Origin: an uncultured delta proteobacterium | Lineage (GTDB): Bacteria > Myxococcota > Myxococcia > Myxococcales > 40CM-4-68-19 | NCBI GenBank assembly: GCA_903911145.1 | Contig: CAIWCD010000007.1 | Location: 62,001-126,000 of the forward strand | Length of the DNA stretch: 64,000 bases | Reading direction: 5' to 3' | The notes under the pieces: generated by a model | What the model was told of the DNA's origin: nothing | Database searches by the model: none | Seen by the model: the letters and a program-made list of their open reading frames with translations, nothing else | Position numbers and translations under genes: made by a program | Shown here: positions 8,691 to 18,466 of the stretch, piece by piece | How the letters are laid out: each line of letters begins with the position of its first letter | How positions within the stretch are numbered: the stretch's first letter is position 1

Positions 8691-10130
8691 GTGAAGATCG
8701 TGATCGATGTCGATGTCGCGAATGAGCGCGGAAGGCTCGCGAAGAGCCTGGCGCGCATCGAGAGCGCGCTGGAGAATCTCGAGCCGGGCCGCGCGCAGAG
8801 CGGTGCGGCGCCGATCGGCCTGCACGCCGGCACGCCGGGGACCTTCTGGAAACGGTTCCGCCAGACACACATGGGAAGGAATCTGCCACTCATCCTTCTG
8901 ATGTCCGGGCTGATGGAATATCAGTTCGTGCGGATGGGGCATCCAGTGTTCGGAGTGCTGATCTTCATTGGGATCATCGGCCAGAGCATCCTCCGCAACG
9001 GGCTGCTGCTTCCGGCGGACCCGGCTGCGCAGCAGACGCTCGACCTGATGCCGGCGCGGCCGCACATCGGGTTGGGCGCGACCATCGGGGACGGCGCGAT
9101 TGTCGAACCTGGCGCAACGGTGGAGGTGGGCGCGAGCGTCGGTGCGGGCGCGGTGATCCAGCGCGGCGCAGTGGTGCGAATGGGCGCGTCGATCGGCGCG
9201 CGCGCGGTGGTTGAAAACGACGCGATCGTCTCGTGGGGCGCCGACGTTCGACGCGACGCAGTCGTCGGCGCGCATGCACGCGTTGGTGCGGGAGCAACCG
9301 TGAAGTCGGGTGCGCACGTCCCGCGCGACTTGCGCATCTTTCCCGGAGGTGAATGGGGCGGAAAGGCTGCCCGGGATGTCGTTGCCGGGGATGATGCGGG
9401 CGATACGCGATTCAGCAAATCGCGCGCCACAGATGTTGCGTCTGCGCGAACCGCGACGCCTCTCGCTGCGCCAAGCGCCGCGTCGACCGACCCGCGCGCC
9501 GTGAAATTCAGCGAGCTGTTCGCGCGCATCGACGCGCAGATCGATCTCGCGCCGGCGCTGGTGCGCGAGCATCTCGGCGCGTCAGCTGGCGGCGTGCGCG
9601 CGCTGCGTGGAACCTGCACAGCCCTGCTCGCGCGCGAGCACGCGCTGCGCACTGAGGCATCGCCCGAGGCGGTCGCGCAACTGCTTGCCGAACGGGACGG
9701 CATCAACGGGCGCATCGCGACCAGCGATGATGCCCAGACCCGCATGTCGCTTCAGAGCGCGATCGCGGCCATCGACACGCAGGTGCAACAGCGCAAACTG
9801 CTCGCACGCAGCGCCGATCGCCTCGATGCCGAGCTGACGCGGCTCTTCTGGACGCTCGACGGATTGGTGGCCCAGCTTGTGCGGCTGCGCAGCGCGGGAG
9901 CAGATGCCACGCAAGCGCCCGACGCGCGGCTCAGCCAGAGCGTGCAGCAACTGCAGTCCGAAGTGGCAGCTATCGCCGACGCGCTCGAGGAAGTTTCGCG
10001 CGGAGTTGCAACGGCTGGCGATGCGCAGGTGCCGACCGAGAACATCGCCGCCGAGAGCGCAGTCGCGCCGCCGGGACAGGCGGCCGCATCCTCTACGCAG
10101 TCCGCCCTGCGAGTGCGCGCAGACGAGTAG
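8691..10130 (+). CDS. Hypothetical membrane protein with hexapeptide (left-handed beta-helix) repeats and a C-terminal coiled coil
   Basis: Two hydrophobic segments, about 12 repeats of the IGDGAI/VGAGAV type, helical C-terminus; long ORF with host-like codon usage. Confidence 0.7.
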   Translation: MKIVIDVDVANERGRLAKSLARIESALENLEPGRAQSGAAPIGLHAGTPGTFWKRFRQTHMGRNLPLILLMSGLMEYQFVRMGHPVFGVLIFIGIIGQSILRNGLLLPADPAAQQTLDLMPARPHIGLGATIGDGAIVEPGATVEVGASVGAGAVIQRGAVVRMGASIGARAVVENDAIVSWGADVRRDAVVGAHARVGAGATVKSGAHVPRDLRIFPGGEWGGKAARDVVAGDDAGDTRFSKSRATDVASARTATPLAAPSAASTDPRAVKFSELFARIDAQIDLAPALVREHLGASAGGVRALRGTCTALLAREHALRTEASPEAVAQLLAERDGINGRIATSDDAQTRMSLQSAIAAIDTQVQQRKLLARSADRLDAELTRLFWTLDGLVAQLVRLRSAGADATQAPDARLSQSVQQLQSEVAAIADALEEVSRGVATAGDAQVPTENIAAESAVAPPGQAAASSTQSALRVRADE

Positions 10131-10190
10131 CTCGCAGCTTCACGCTCGTCGAAGTGCGCTCGACCGCCTGCGGAGCGCTACCTGCGCGAC

Positions 10191-10226
10191 GATTGGTATG
10201 CCAATCAAATTGATTGCTGTTCAAAC
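10191..10226. promoter_or_regulatory. AT-rich overlapping palindromes between convergent genes, possible protein-binding site
   Basis: GATTGG-TATG-CCAATC and CAATCAA-A-TTGATTG; resembles 51945-51980 (reverse strand) and 18284-18311. Confidence 0.35.
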
Positions 10227-10242
10227 CATCTCGGGAAGCGAC

Positions 10243-11652
10243 TCAGCGGCGCGTCTTCGGACGCCAGGAACCGAGCCGCTTGGGAGCCTGGCCCGTGCCA
10301 GCGCCCGCCGGCGCGCTGCCCGACGGAGCACCTGACGAACCGCGCGACGCTCCGCTCGATCCGCCGCGACCGCCGCCGTGCCCGCGGCCGCTCCCTGCCG
10401 ACGAGCGATTGCCGCTGTTGCCCTGCGGCTTGCGTCCACCGCGACGTTCAGCCGGCCGCGAATCTCCCTGCCGCTGCTTGGGCGCGGAGAGGCGCGGTTG
10501 GTGCTTCACTGCGTTCTGGAACGCCTCGTCGTCGCGCGGCACCGTCGTGCGCGACACCGTGGTGCGCGTGAGCTTCTCGATGTTGCGCAGGAGATCGTGC
10601 TCGTCAGGAGCAGCGAAGCTCGAGGCCCGCCCGCTCGCAGAAGCGCGCGCAGTGCGGCCGATCCGGTGCACGTAATCCTCGGGCACGTTGGGCAGATCGA
10701 AGTTGATGACGTGGCCGATCTCCGCAACGTCGATGCCGCGCGCCGCGATGTCGGTGGCGACGAGGACGCGATACTTCCCGTCCTTGAACCCATCGAGCGC
10801 GTGACGGCGCTGGCTCTGGGAGCGGTCAGCGTGGATCACCGCGACTTCGTGTCCAGCCGACACCAACCCCTTGGCGACCCGATCGGCGCGTCGCTTGGTG
10901 CGCGTGAAGACGAGCGTCGAAAGGTTGTCTTGCGCAAGCAATGAGCAGAGCAGCGCGAGCTTCTCTTCGTGGCCGACGAGGAACACTTGCTGCGTCGCAC
11001 GCGAGGCCGTGTCGCCGCTGCGTGCCACTTCGACGCGCACCGGATTCTTCAGATGCTGCGAAGCGAACGTCGCGACCTCGCCCGCCATGGTGGCAGAGAA
11101 GAGCATCGTCTGCCGGGCGCGCGGCAGGCGCGCGAGGATGTAATCGAGCTGGGGCTTGAAGCCCATGTCGAGCATCCGGTCGGCCTCGTCGAGCACGAGC
11201 ATCTCGACGCCGTCGAGGTGGGCCGTGCGGCGATCGAGGTGATCCTTCAGCCGGCCCGGCGTGGCGACGATGATCTCGACGTTGGCGCGGAACGCATCGG
11301 CTTGCGGATTCATCCCGACGCCGCCGATCACGACGGCCGAGCGGATGTTCTGGTTGCCGCCGAAGCGCTCGGCCTCCTCTCCGATCTGCAGCGCGAGTTC
11401 GCGCGTCGGCGCGAGCACAAGTGCACGCGGACCGCGAGCAGCGCCGGTGCGCGCGTGCTGCGACATCCGCTCGATCATCGGCAGAAGAAACGCCGCGGTC
11501 TTGCCGGTGCCCGTCGCGGCGCAGCCGATCACATCGCGCCCTTCGAGTCCGGGCGGAATCGCGCGCGCTTGAATCGGCGTCGGTGCTTCAAAGCCTGCGA
11601 CCTCGAGCGCGGCGAGCGCACGCGGAGAAAGTCCCAGCGATGCGAACGTCAC
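10243..11652 (-). CDS. DEAD-box RNA helicase (RhlE-like)
   Basis: Q motif, ATGTGKT, PTRELA, DEAD, SAT, HRIGRTAR; Gly/Arg-rich tail. Confidence 0.95.
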   Translation of the reverse strand: MTFASLGLSPRALAALEVAGFEAPTPIQARAIPPGLEGRDVIGCAATGTGKTAAFLLPMIERMSQHARTGAARGPRALVLAPTRELALQIGEEAERFGGNQNIRSAVVIGGVGMNPQADAFRANVEIIVATPGRLKDHLDRRTAHLDGVEMLVLDEADRMLDMGFKPQLDYILARLPRARQTMLFSATMAGEVATFASQHLKNPVRVEVARSGDTASRATQQVFLVGHEEKLALLCSLLAQDNLSTLVFTRTKRRADRVAKGLVSAGHEVAVIHADRSQSQRRHALDGFKDGKYRVLVATDIAARGIDVAEIGHVINFDLPNVPEDYVHRIGRTARASASGRASSFAAPDEHDLLRNIEKLTRTTVSRTTVPRDDEAFQNAVKHQPRLSAPKQRQGDSRPAERRGGRKPQGNSGNRSSAGSGRGHGGGRGGSSGASRGSSGAPSGSAPAGAGTGQAPKRLGSWRPKTRR

Positions 11653-12089
11653 TTGATGAGCTCCTTCAGAAGATGCGCGCCGAGATCGCGCAGGCCGTCG
11701 GCGAGCAGCTCCCTGCCCTTCTCCGTCTCGAGCGCGTTCGTCATCATCTCCGGCGCATAACCGAGTTCGAGATTGAGCATCACCATCGCCGCCGAGATCG
11801 ACGGAGTCAGCGCCGCGGCCTTCACGCGCGCGCGCCGCTTGACGAGGCCCGCGGAGAGATTGTCGACGAGCTCATCCTCGCCCGTGCGCGGGCCGGTGCG
11901 ATCGCGCAGCGCCGCGGAGAGGCCGCTGTAGAGCGCGTCGAGGATGCGCGGGCTGTGCACCGCGCGGTCCATCCGCTCGTGCGCTTCGTCGAAGTCGACG
12001 TTCGCTGAGCTGGCATAGGTGGACGCAACGATGAGAGCGAGATCTTTGCGTGTAATGACGTGCGGCAGACGCTTCGAGAAGAGGTTCAC
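11649..12089 (-). CDS. Hypothetical protein
   Basis: Good codon usage; its stop overlaps the helicase start (GTGA). Confidence 0.7.
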   Translation of the reverse strand: MNLFSKRLPHVITRKDLALIVASTYASSANVDFDEAHERMDRAVHSPRILDALYSGLSAALRDRTGPRTGEDELVDNLSAGLVKRRARVKAAALTPSISAAMVMLNLELGYAPEMMTNALETEKGRELLADGLRDLGAHLLKELIK

Positions 12090-12153
12090 GCGCCCTCTCT
12101 AGCTCATTTACGCTCCGCGAAGACGGGATATCGCTCCACGGGGCGTGATGATC

Positions 12154-12849
12154 TCACGCGAGCGCGACGTAGATCTCCTGCACGTCATCGTCGGCATCGA
12201 GCGCCTCGAGGAACGACTCGGTCTGCTTGCGCTGCTCCTCATTGAGAGCGACTGGATTCTTCGCGCGCCAGCCGAGCTTCGCTGAGGTGACGGTCCACTT
12301 CGCGGCGATCAGCGCCTTGGCGACAGAGTCGAGATCGGCCGCCTCGGTGAAGAACCGCGTCGCGCCTTCATCCGCGCTCTCGAGATCCTGCGCACCCGCC
12401 TCGATCGCGGCGCTCTCCGGATCGGCGCCCGCAGGAGCCGCCGCTTCGATGAAGCCCTGCCGATTGAAATCCCAGGAGACGCTGCCGCTGACGCCGAGCT
12501 GGCCACGCTTGAAGATGTTGCGCACGTTGGTGGCCGTGCGCGCACGATTGTCGGTGAGGCACTCAACAATCACCGGCACCTGGTTGGGCGCGAACCCTTC
12601 GTAGGCGATGCTGTCGTAGTTGACCTTCTCGTCGAGCAGGCCCGCCCCCTTCTTGATCGCGCGCTCGAGCGTATCCTTGGTCATCGAGGCCTTCTTCGCC
12701 GCCTCGACAGCCATGCGCAGCCGCGGATTCAAGTCGGGGTCGGCCCCGCTCTTGGCAGCGATGATGATCTCTTTCGCGAGCTTGCTGAAGATGCGCCCGC
12801 GCGCGTCGGCCGCTTGCTCACGGCCCTTCTGTTTCCATTGAGCGCCCAT
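12154..12849 (-). CDS. yebC: YebC/PmpR family protein
   Basis: [28 protein letters not shown]-like [26 protein letters not shown]. Confidence 0.93.
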   Translation of the reverse strand: MGAQWKQKGREQAADARGRIFSKLAKEIIIAAKSGADPDLNPRLRMAVEAAKKASMTKDTLERAIKKGAGLLDEKVNYDSIAYEGFAPNQVPVIVECLTDNRARTATNVRNIFKRGQLGVSGSVSWDFNRQGFIEAAAPAGADPESAAIEAGAQDLESADEGATRFFTEAADLDSVAKALIAAKWTVTSAKLGWRAKNPVALNEEQRKQTESFLEALDADDDVQEIYVALA

Positions 12850-12935
12850 TGGGCGCGCACCATAGCAAGAAGCAGAATCGGCGTGGTCGCGTAACGATTC
12901 CGGGCGACAAGCATCTGAGCAGATACGGAGGCGTC

Positions 12936-14102
12936 ATGAATCGTTTGCTCAAGCTCGCTGGAAGATTCGCTCTCGCTGGTCTCGTCACGCTCGCATGCAC
13001 GCGGCCGGGCGCGTCGGATCCGATCGGCAATCCCGCGCTGGGCAAGGCTCCGGGGCACGCTGGGCACGGCACTGCGCTCGTCGCCACTGGCAACAACAAG
13101 CTGGCGATCTTCTCGCAGGGCTGCTTCTGGGGCGTTGAGGAGCGCTTTCGCCGCGTGAAGGGAGTCGTCGCAACGGCGGTTGGATATACCGGCGGTCATA
13201 CCGAGAATCCGACCTACGAAGATGTCTGCAGCGATCAGAGCGGCCACGCCGAGTCGGTGCTCGTCGAGTTCGATCCGGTGCAGGTCCCCTACAGCGAACT
13301 CTTGCGCTTCTTCTTCGCGACGCACGACCCCACCAGCGGGAATGCGCAGGGGCCCGACCACGGCACGCAGTATCGCTCGGCGATCTACACGTTCGGCGCG
13401 CGCCAGCAGAGCGAAGCGCTGGCCGCGCGGGACGAAGCGCAGCGCTCACTTGAGTCGCCGATCACGACGGAGATCGCTCCCGCGGGCCGCTTCTGGATCG
13501 CCGAGGATTACCACCAGCAATGGGATGAAAAGCACGGCGCGCGCTCCTGTCCGTTGCCGCATCGGCCGCATCTCAAGTCAGGCGCGTCGCCGCTTGGCGC
13601 GCTTGCGCCGCACACCGATGCCACTGCGATTCCCGCGACACCCGCGACTGCGCTGCCGCCGGCGCTCCACGCAAAGCCGAGCGATGAGGAGCTGCGCAAG
13701 AAGCTTACGCGCGCTCAATATGATGTGACGCAAAAGGAAGGCACCGAGGCGCCGTTCAGGAATGAGTATTGGGACAATCACGAGCCCGGAATCTACGTCG
13801 ACGTCGTCTCGGGCGAGCCGCTCTTCAGCTCGTTGGACAAGTATGATTCCGGCTCGGGGTGGCCCAGCTTCACCAGGCCGCTCGAGCCCGCGAACGTGCA
13901 GACCAAAAGCGATCGCAGCTTGCTGATGAGCCGCGTGGAGGTCCGCTCGAAGAACGGCGATTCGCACCTCGGACATCTCTTCGACGATGGCCCTGCACCG
14001 ACCGGCCAGCGCTACTGCATGAACTCGGCGGCGCTGCGATTCGTGCCCGCGGCCAAGCTCGCTGAAGAGGGATATGGGAAGTATCAATCGCTCTTCAAGT
14101 AA
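12936..14102 (+). CDS. msrAB: Bifunctional methionine sulfoxide reductase A/B with lipoprotein signal
   Basis: LVTLAC lipobox; MsrA GCFWG, GYTGG, QYRSAI, AEDYHQ; Msr[31 protein letters not shown]. Confidence 0.92.
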   Translation: MNRLLKLAGRFALAGLVTLACTRPGASDPIGNPALGKAPGHAGHGTALVATGNNKLAIFSQGCFWGVEERFRRVKGVVATAVGYTGGHTENPTYEDVCSDQSGHAESVLVEFDPVQVPYSELLRFFFATHDPTSGNAQGPDHGTQYRSAIYTFGARQQSEALAARDEAQRSLESPITTEIAPAGRFWIAEDYHQQWDEKHGARSCPLPHRPHLKSGASPLGALAPHTDATAIPATPATALPPALHAKPSDEELRKKLTRAQYDVTQKEGTEAPFRNEYWDNHEPGIYVDVVSGEPLFSSLDKYDSGSGWPSFTRPLEPANVQTKSDRSLLMSRVEVRSKNGDSHLGHLFDDGPAPTGQRYCMNSAALRFVPAAKLAEEGYGKYQSLFK

Positions 14103-14149
14103 TCACTGTGCCCGAGCGCGCGGACCAGCCGACCAGATATCCGCGATGG

Positions 14150-16828
14150 TTAAATGGCGGAGAGCAGATCGATTTTAATCAGCACGGTATCGCCGTTGGC
14201 GACGCCGCGCGTGCGAAGGGCGCCAAGTTCGCTGCCGAAGTTCAACCCGCGATCGAGCGGCGGCGCGATATCGTTTGAGGCCTGGTGCGCATAGACAAAA
14301 TAGATGGTCGAGCCCGTGCGCCATTCCCAACGCAGCACAAGCTGGGCATTGAAGCCCACTTGCCGGTCGTCATTGTTCGGCGAAAGGTCGGCAGGCAGCG
14401 ATGGGGAGAGCTGATTCAACCGGATCGTGGCTTTCCCGGGCGCTGCGACGGCGCGCATTGGCGTCCCATAAGACACGCCAGCGGTGAAGAGCTGGGCATA
14501 GGCCTGAAACGTCAGATAAGGGGTAAACGCATAAGTGCCGCGCAGCAGCATGCTGACCGAGCGGGCCTGCTGCGGCGCGAGCAGATAGAGACGCTCCTGC
14601 GTAACGGCAATGGCCGGATCGAGAACAACCGTCGGATTCGCTCCCGCGCCAGGAAGCGCACTGGCCGGACGGATTTGTCGGAATACTCCGGCCGATTCCG
14701 AATAGGAGATATCCAGCGAGCCATCGAGCTGCGGCAAAGGACGGAACATTCCCGTCGCCTCGAGTTGGTTGGTCCGCTCGAAGCCATTGAGAGCACGAAT
14801 CTCGGTGAAGCTGAGTTGCGCCTGCGCCCGCTTGCGCGCGTCAGTGGAGACGAATCCCCAGACGCCCAACGTCGGCCGACGCTCGATGGGCGTGCCGTCC
14901 TGGAGTTCTCGGTCATCGACGTACGGCGCCTGCAGGAGCGAGCCGATATCGACAAACCATTGCGCATTGGTCGTAAAGGTCAGCTCCAGCATCGCATCGC
15001 GCTCAAGCGTGTGGTTGAAACCAGCATCGCGGATCTCCCGCGCACCAAAGAGCAGTTGGATACTTTGACGCCAATCGTTCTGATGCGGGTCGCGCAGCGC
15101 GAAGTATCCCATCAGGCGCGTGAGATTTGCGCGCTGGAGATATCCCAGTTGATCGACGGTAAAGGTTGGAGAGAGGCGATCGGCGTTGACGGCGAAGACC
15201 GTATGCTCCGTCTCGCGTGAAAGCTTTCCAGAGAGCGCCCAACCCGTCGAGGTCTGGCCGATCTGGGTACCATCGAGCAAGGTTTCGCGGATATGTCCGG
15301 TGAGCAGCGAACCGGAGCCCTGCAGGGTCAGGTTCCACGAGCGATCCTGATTAAAGAGCGTGATATCGGCAGAGCCGACATGCGCGTGGGTTCCATCGAG
15401 GCCCAACGAAGGTTCGGTTGATATCGGATCCACCGCGGTTCCGGTCACGCCAACCAACAGATTGTCGCCGAATGCCGTGCGCACGCGCGCGGCCCCGGTG
15501 GCCCGCTCTTCAATCACGCGCTCGCTCACAACGTTTCCATCAGAGCCAAGCAGTTGCGCATCGACGCGAGGCTCGAACGCGGCAAGCAGTCCCACGCTTG
15601 AGCGACCAATCGCGCCGCTCAGTTTGACCGCGCCGAGCACCGGGACTGCCTGCGGCTCATAGACGAGTTGGTTGATATCGACTCCGAGATCGCTGGCACT
15701 TGGCGAGGCGCGTCCAATGCGCCGCGAATAGAAGAGTTGATATGCATCGCCACCATAGGGACCGCCGAAATCGATATGCAGCGGCGATTTGAACAGGTCG
15801 AGGCCTTCGAGGAAGAACGGCCGCTTCTCCGGATAGAACGTCTCGAACGTGGATAGGTTCAACACACGCTGATCGGCCTCGACCTGGCCGAAGTCGGGAT
15901 TGATGGTTCCGACGAGCGAGAGATCGCTGGCGAGGTTGTAACGGAAATCGAGACCAATACAGGCACCGGCCTGGCGGTGCGCATCGAGGCCAATCGACGA
16001 GCAGAGCCCGAGCGCTGGATCGGGCACGCGTCCGGGCGCGGGAGCATTGCGGGTTAATCTCGCGCCGACATAAGGACGCAGCTCGATCTGCTTCACCGGG
16101 TGGATACCTTCAAGCCCATCGAGAACGCCAAGCCGGCTGATATTCCCGGCCCGGCCGCGCGGCTGAAAGCGCCACTGGTCCTGCTCGTGACGGCGAGAGA
16201 GATTGCGGAAGATATCGAAACCGAATTGCGTCGCGTGCTCGGGAATGCGCAACACGCGCAGCGGGATCTGCATTTCAACCGACCAGCCCGAGGGATTGAG
16301 CGCCACCTTCGATTCCCAGGCCGCGTCCCAATCGGTGGTCATATCGGTGTCATTGAAATGCAGCGCATCGAGCTGCTGCCCCGCCGCGAAGACCTGGAAG
16401 TGATAAGCCGTGCGGCGATCGAAGGTGGTATCGAGGTCAACCGAGACCCAATCCCCTTCTATCCAGCGATCGCGCCGGCTGAGCGTCGCCACCGGCAGCT
16501 CCGGGTCATCGCATTGAATGCCGATATAGAGATATTCGTCGTCCCAGAGCACCTTGAATCGCGTCTGCACCGTGGGTTGCGCGCCTTCGTCGGGCTCCTC
16601 CTGCGTAAAGCCGTCGTTGAATGCAACCGAGCTCCAGGCCGCGTCGTCGAGCTTGCCGTCAATCTCGATTGAACCGGTGCGACGCGCGGCGTGGGCGATG
16701 CGTGCGAGCAACTCTTCCGCGGGCAGCGCGGCTGCAGGTGCAGGAGTGGCGGGCTCCTGCGCGCGCGCGATCGAGGCGGAGGCAAGAACGAGAAGCGCAA
16801 CGAGTTGTGCGCTGCGAAACGAAGGCAT
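14150..16828 (-). CDS. Secreted/outer-membrane DUF5916 protein with N-terminal CBM9-like domain
   Basis: Signal peptide, IDGKLDD.AW, WSVEMQIPL..LR, TINPDFGQVEAD, FYPEKRPFFLEG, LFYSRRIG. Confidence 0.85.
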   Translation of the reverse strand: MPSFRSAQLVALLVLASASIARAQEPATPAPAAALPAEELLARIAHAARRTGSIEIDGKLDDAAWSSVAFNDGFTQEEPDEGAQPTVQTRFKVLWDDEYLYIGIQCDDPELPVATLSRRDRWIEGDWVSVDLDTTFDRRTAYHFQVFAAGQQLDALHFNDTDMTTDWDAAWESKVALNPSGWSVEMQIPLRVLRIPEHATQFGFDIFRNLSRRHEQDQWRFQPRGRAGNISRLGVLDGLEGIHPVKQIELRPYVGARLTRNAPAPGRVPDPALGLCSSIGLDAHRQAGACIGLDFRYNLASDLSLVGTINPDFGQVEADQRVLNLSTFETFYPEKRPFFLEGLDLFKSPLHIDFGGPYGGDAYQLFYSRRIGRASPSASDLGVDINQLVYEPQAVPVLGAVKLSGAIGRSSVGLLAAFEPRVDAQLLGSDGNVVSERVIEERATGAARVRTAFGDNLLVGVTGTAVDPISTEPSLGLDGTHAHVGSADITLFNQDRSWNLTLQGSGSLLTGHIRETLLDGTQIGQTSTGWALSGKLSRETEHTVFAVNADRLSPTFTVDQLGYLQRANLTRLMGYFALRDPHQNDWRQSIQLLFGAREIRDAGFNHTLERDAMLELTFTTNAQWFVDIGSLLQAPYVDDRELQDGTPIERRPTLGVWGFVSTDARKRAQAQLSFTEIRALNGFERTNQLEATGMFRPLPQLDGSLDISYSESAGVFRQIRPASALPGAGANPTVVLDPAIAVTQERLYLLAPQQARSVSMLLRGTYAFTPYLTFQAYAQLFTAGVSYGTPMRAVAAPGKATIRLNQLSPSLPADLSPNNDDRQVGFNAQLVLRWEWRTGSTIYFVYAHQASNDIAPPLDRGLNFGSELGALRTRGVANGDTVLIKIDLLSAI

Positions 16829-16969
16829 TGGCGGTCTTCCAACGCACGGGGCGCGCGCAAATTTCATTCATTGCAGATTCGCACGAGGATATTCCAGTTC
16901 TGGGTGCCTACGCCTGCGCCAGTGAGTGCGTTTCTCGCGGCGCGCCAACTCCTGCGATAGAACCGGCCC

Positions 16970-18289
16970 GTGAAAACTAGGACACCTTCGATTCCCTTCG
17001 CATCGCTCGCCCACGCGCTCTTGCTCTGCACCGCATTCGCGCAGCCCGCGCTCGCTGACCGGCCGGTCATCAACATCGAGCATGCCGGCATCCAGGCCTA
17101 TCCGGTCGCGATTGCGCCACCCGTCGGCGAGCCGACCTCGGGCAAGGCCGTCCTCGACGTGCTCAGCGGCGACTTCACGCGCAGCGGCCTCTTCCGCATC
17201 CTCGACCCCGCCTCGTTCCTCGCCGATCCGAACAAGGAGGGATTCACCGAGCAGACGATCGATTTCAGCAAGTGGACGACCGTCGGCGCGTCGGGCCTCG
17301 TGAAAGCGAAGAGCGTCATCACGGGCGACAACGTGCAGGTCGAGTTCCACTTCTACGACACCGCGAAGAACGCCGAGGTGCTGCACGGCACGTACAGCGC
17401 GCCCGTGGCCAGCCTGCGCCAGATCGCGCACCGCTTCGCCGATGACGTGATGAAGTTCTTCACGCAGGAGCGCGGCGACTTCCAGACCCGCATCGCCTAC
17501 GTGCGCGAGACAGGCGACGGCAAGCAGATCGTCGTCGCCGACTCGGACGGTGCCAACGCGCAGGCCGTCACGGGCGCGTCGATCAACCTCTTGCCCGGCT
17601 GGGCCCACGATGGGCACACCATCGCGTTCACCAGCTTCCGCGACGGCGCCGCGCACATCTATACGGTCGATGCGCTCACGCGCGCCATCAAGCCGCTGGT
17701 GCTGATGGGCGACTACGCGAGCGGTCCCGTCTTCGCGCCAGATGGCCTTCGCTTCACCTTCTCCGCGTCGCTCAACGGCAACACCGATATCTTCCTCTCC
17801 GAGGCTGATGGCTCCGCCGGCCGCAAGCTCACCGAGGCGCGCGACATCAACACTGCCGCAACCTGGAGCCCCGACGGGAAGCAGATCGCGTTCATCTCCA
17901 ACCGCGCGGGAAATCCGCAAGTCTACGTGATGAACGCGGACGGCTCGAACCAGCGGCGCCTCACGTTCCAGGGCAACTACAACCAGGAGCCGGCCTGGTC
18001 GCCCAAGGGAGATCTGATCGCCTTCTCCGGACGCGACGAGCTGCGCTCCTTCGACATCTATACGGTCGCGGTGGCGACGGGGAAGGTCGCGCGGCTGACG
18101 CAGAACGCGGGGACCAACGAGAAGCCGAGCTGGTCGCCGAACGGGCGCCACCTCATCTTCAGCTCGACGCGCACGGGAAAGCGGCAGCTCTGGACGATGT
18201 CGCCGGACGGGACGAACCAGCAGCGCATCACCGATGAGCCGCGCTCTGCGGGCGATCCCTCGTGGGGGCCGTTCCCCGCCGGGAATTGA
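16970..18289 (+). CDS. tolB: TolB-like beta-propeller protein
   Basis: Signal peptide, TolB N-domain (DFTRSGLF, AHRFADDV, FQTRIAYV), PD40 repeats WSPDG/WSPKG/WSPNG. Confidence 0.88.
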   Translation: MKTRTPSIPFASLAHALLLCTAFAQPALADRPVINIEHAGIQAYPVAIAPPVGEPTSGKAVLDVLSGDFTRSGLFRILDPASFLADPNKEGFTEQTIDFSKWTTVGASGLVKAKSVITGDNVQVEFHFYDTAKNAEVLHGTYSAPVASLRQIAHRFADDVMKFFTQERGDFQTRIAYVRETGDGKQIVVADSDGANAQAVTGASINLLPGWAHDGHTIAFTSFRDGAAHIYTVDALTRAIKPLVLMGDYASGPVFAPDGLRFTFSASLNGNTDIFLSEADGSAGRKLTEARDINTAATWSPDGKQIAFISNRAGNPQVYVMNADGSNQRRLTFQGNYNQEPAWSPKGDLIAFSGRDELRSFDIYTVAVATGKVARLTQNAGTNEKPSWSPNGRHLIFSSTRTGKRQLWTMSPDGTNQQRITDEPRSAGDPSWGPFPAGN

Positions 18290-18311
18290 TTGGTTGCGCA
18301 ACCAATCTATT
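18284..18311. promoter_or_regulatory. Perfect 20-bp palindrome (28 bp with one mismatch), probable operator
   Basis: GATTGGTTGC|GCAACCAATC at 18288-18307, overlapping the tolB stop; no loop and no U-tract. Confidence 0.5.
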
Positions 18312-18466
18312 TGCCTCACGCGCAAGGCCTTGCCTAGAGCGGTCGCGCGCATCCGCTGTCGATTGTCATTCCGTGATGTGACGCAGGTCACGGACATTCC
18401 GTCCGCATGCGACTATCCACTCCGCGCTCGATACTCGCGTTTCATCACAATCTCCCGAGGTTGCTG

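Noticed and set aside
18284..18311. Chromosomal dif site
   Set aside because: The geometry fits 11-6-11, but there is no TTATGTTAAAT-like XerD arm.
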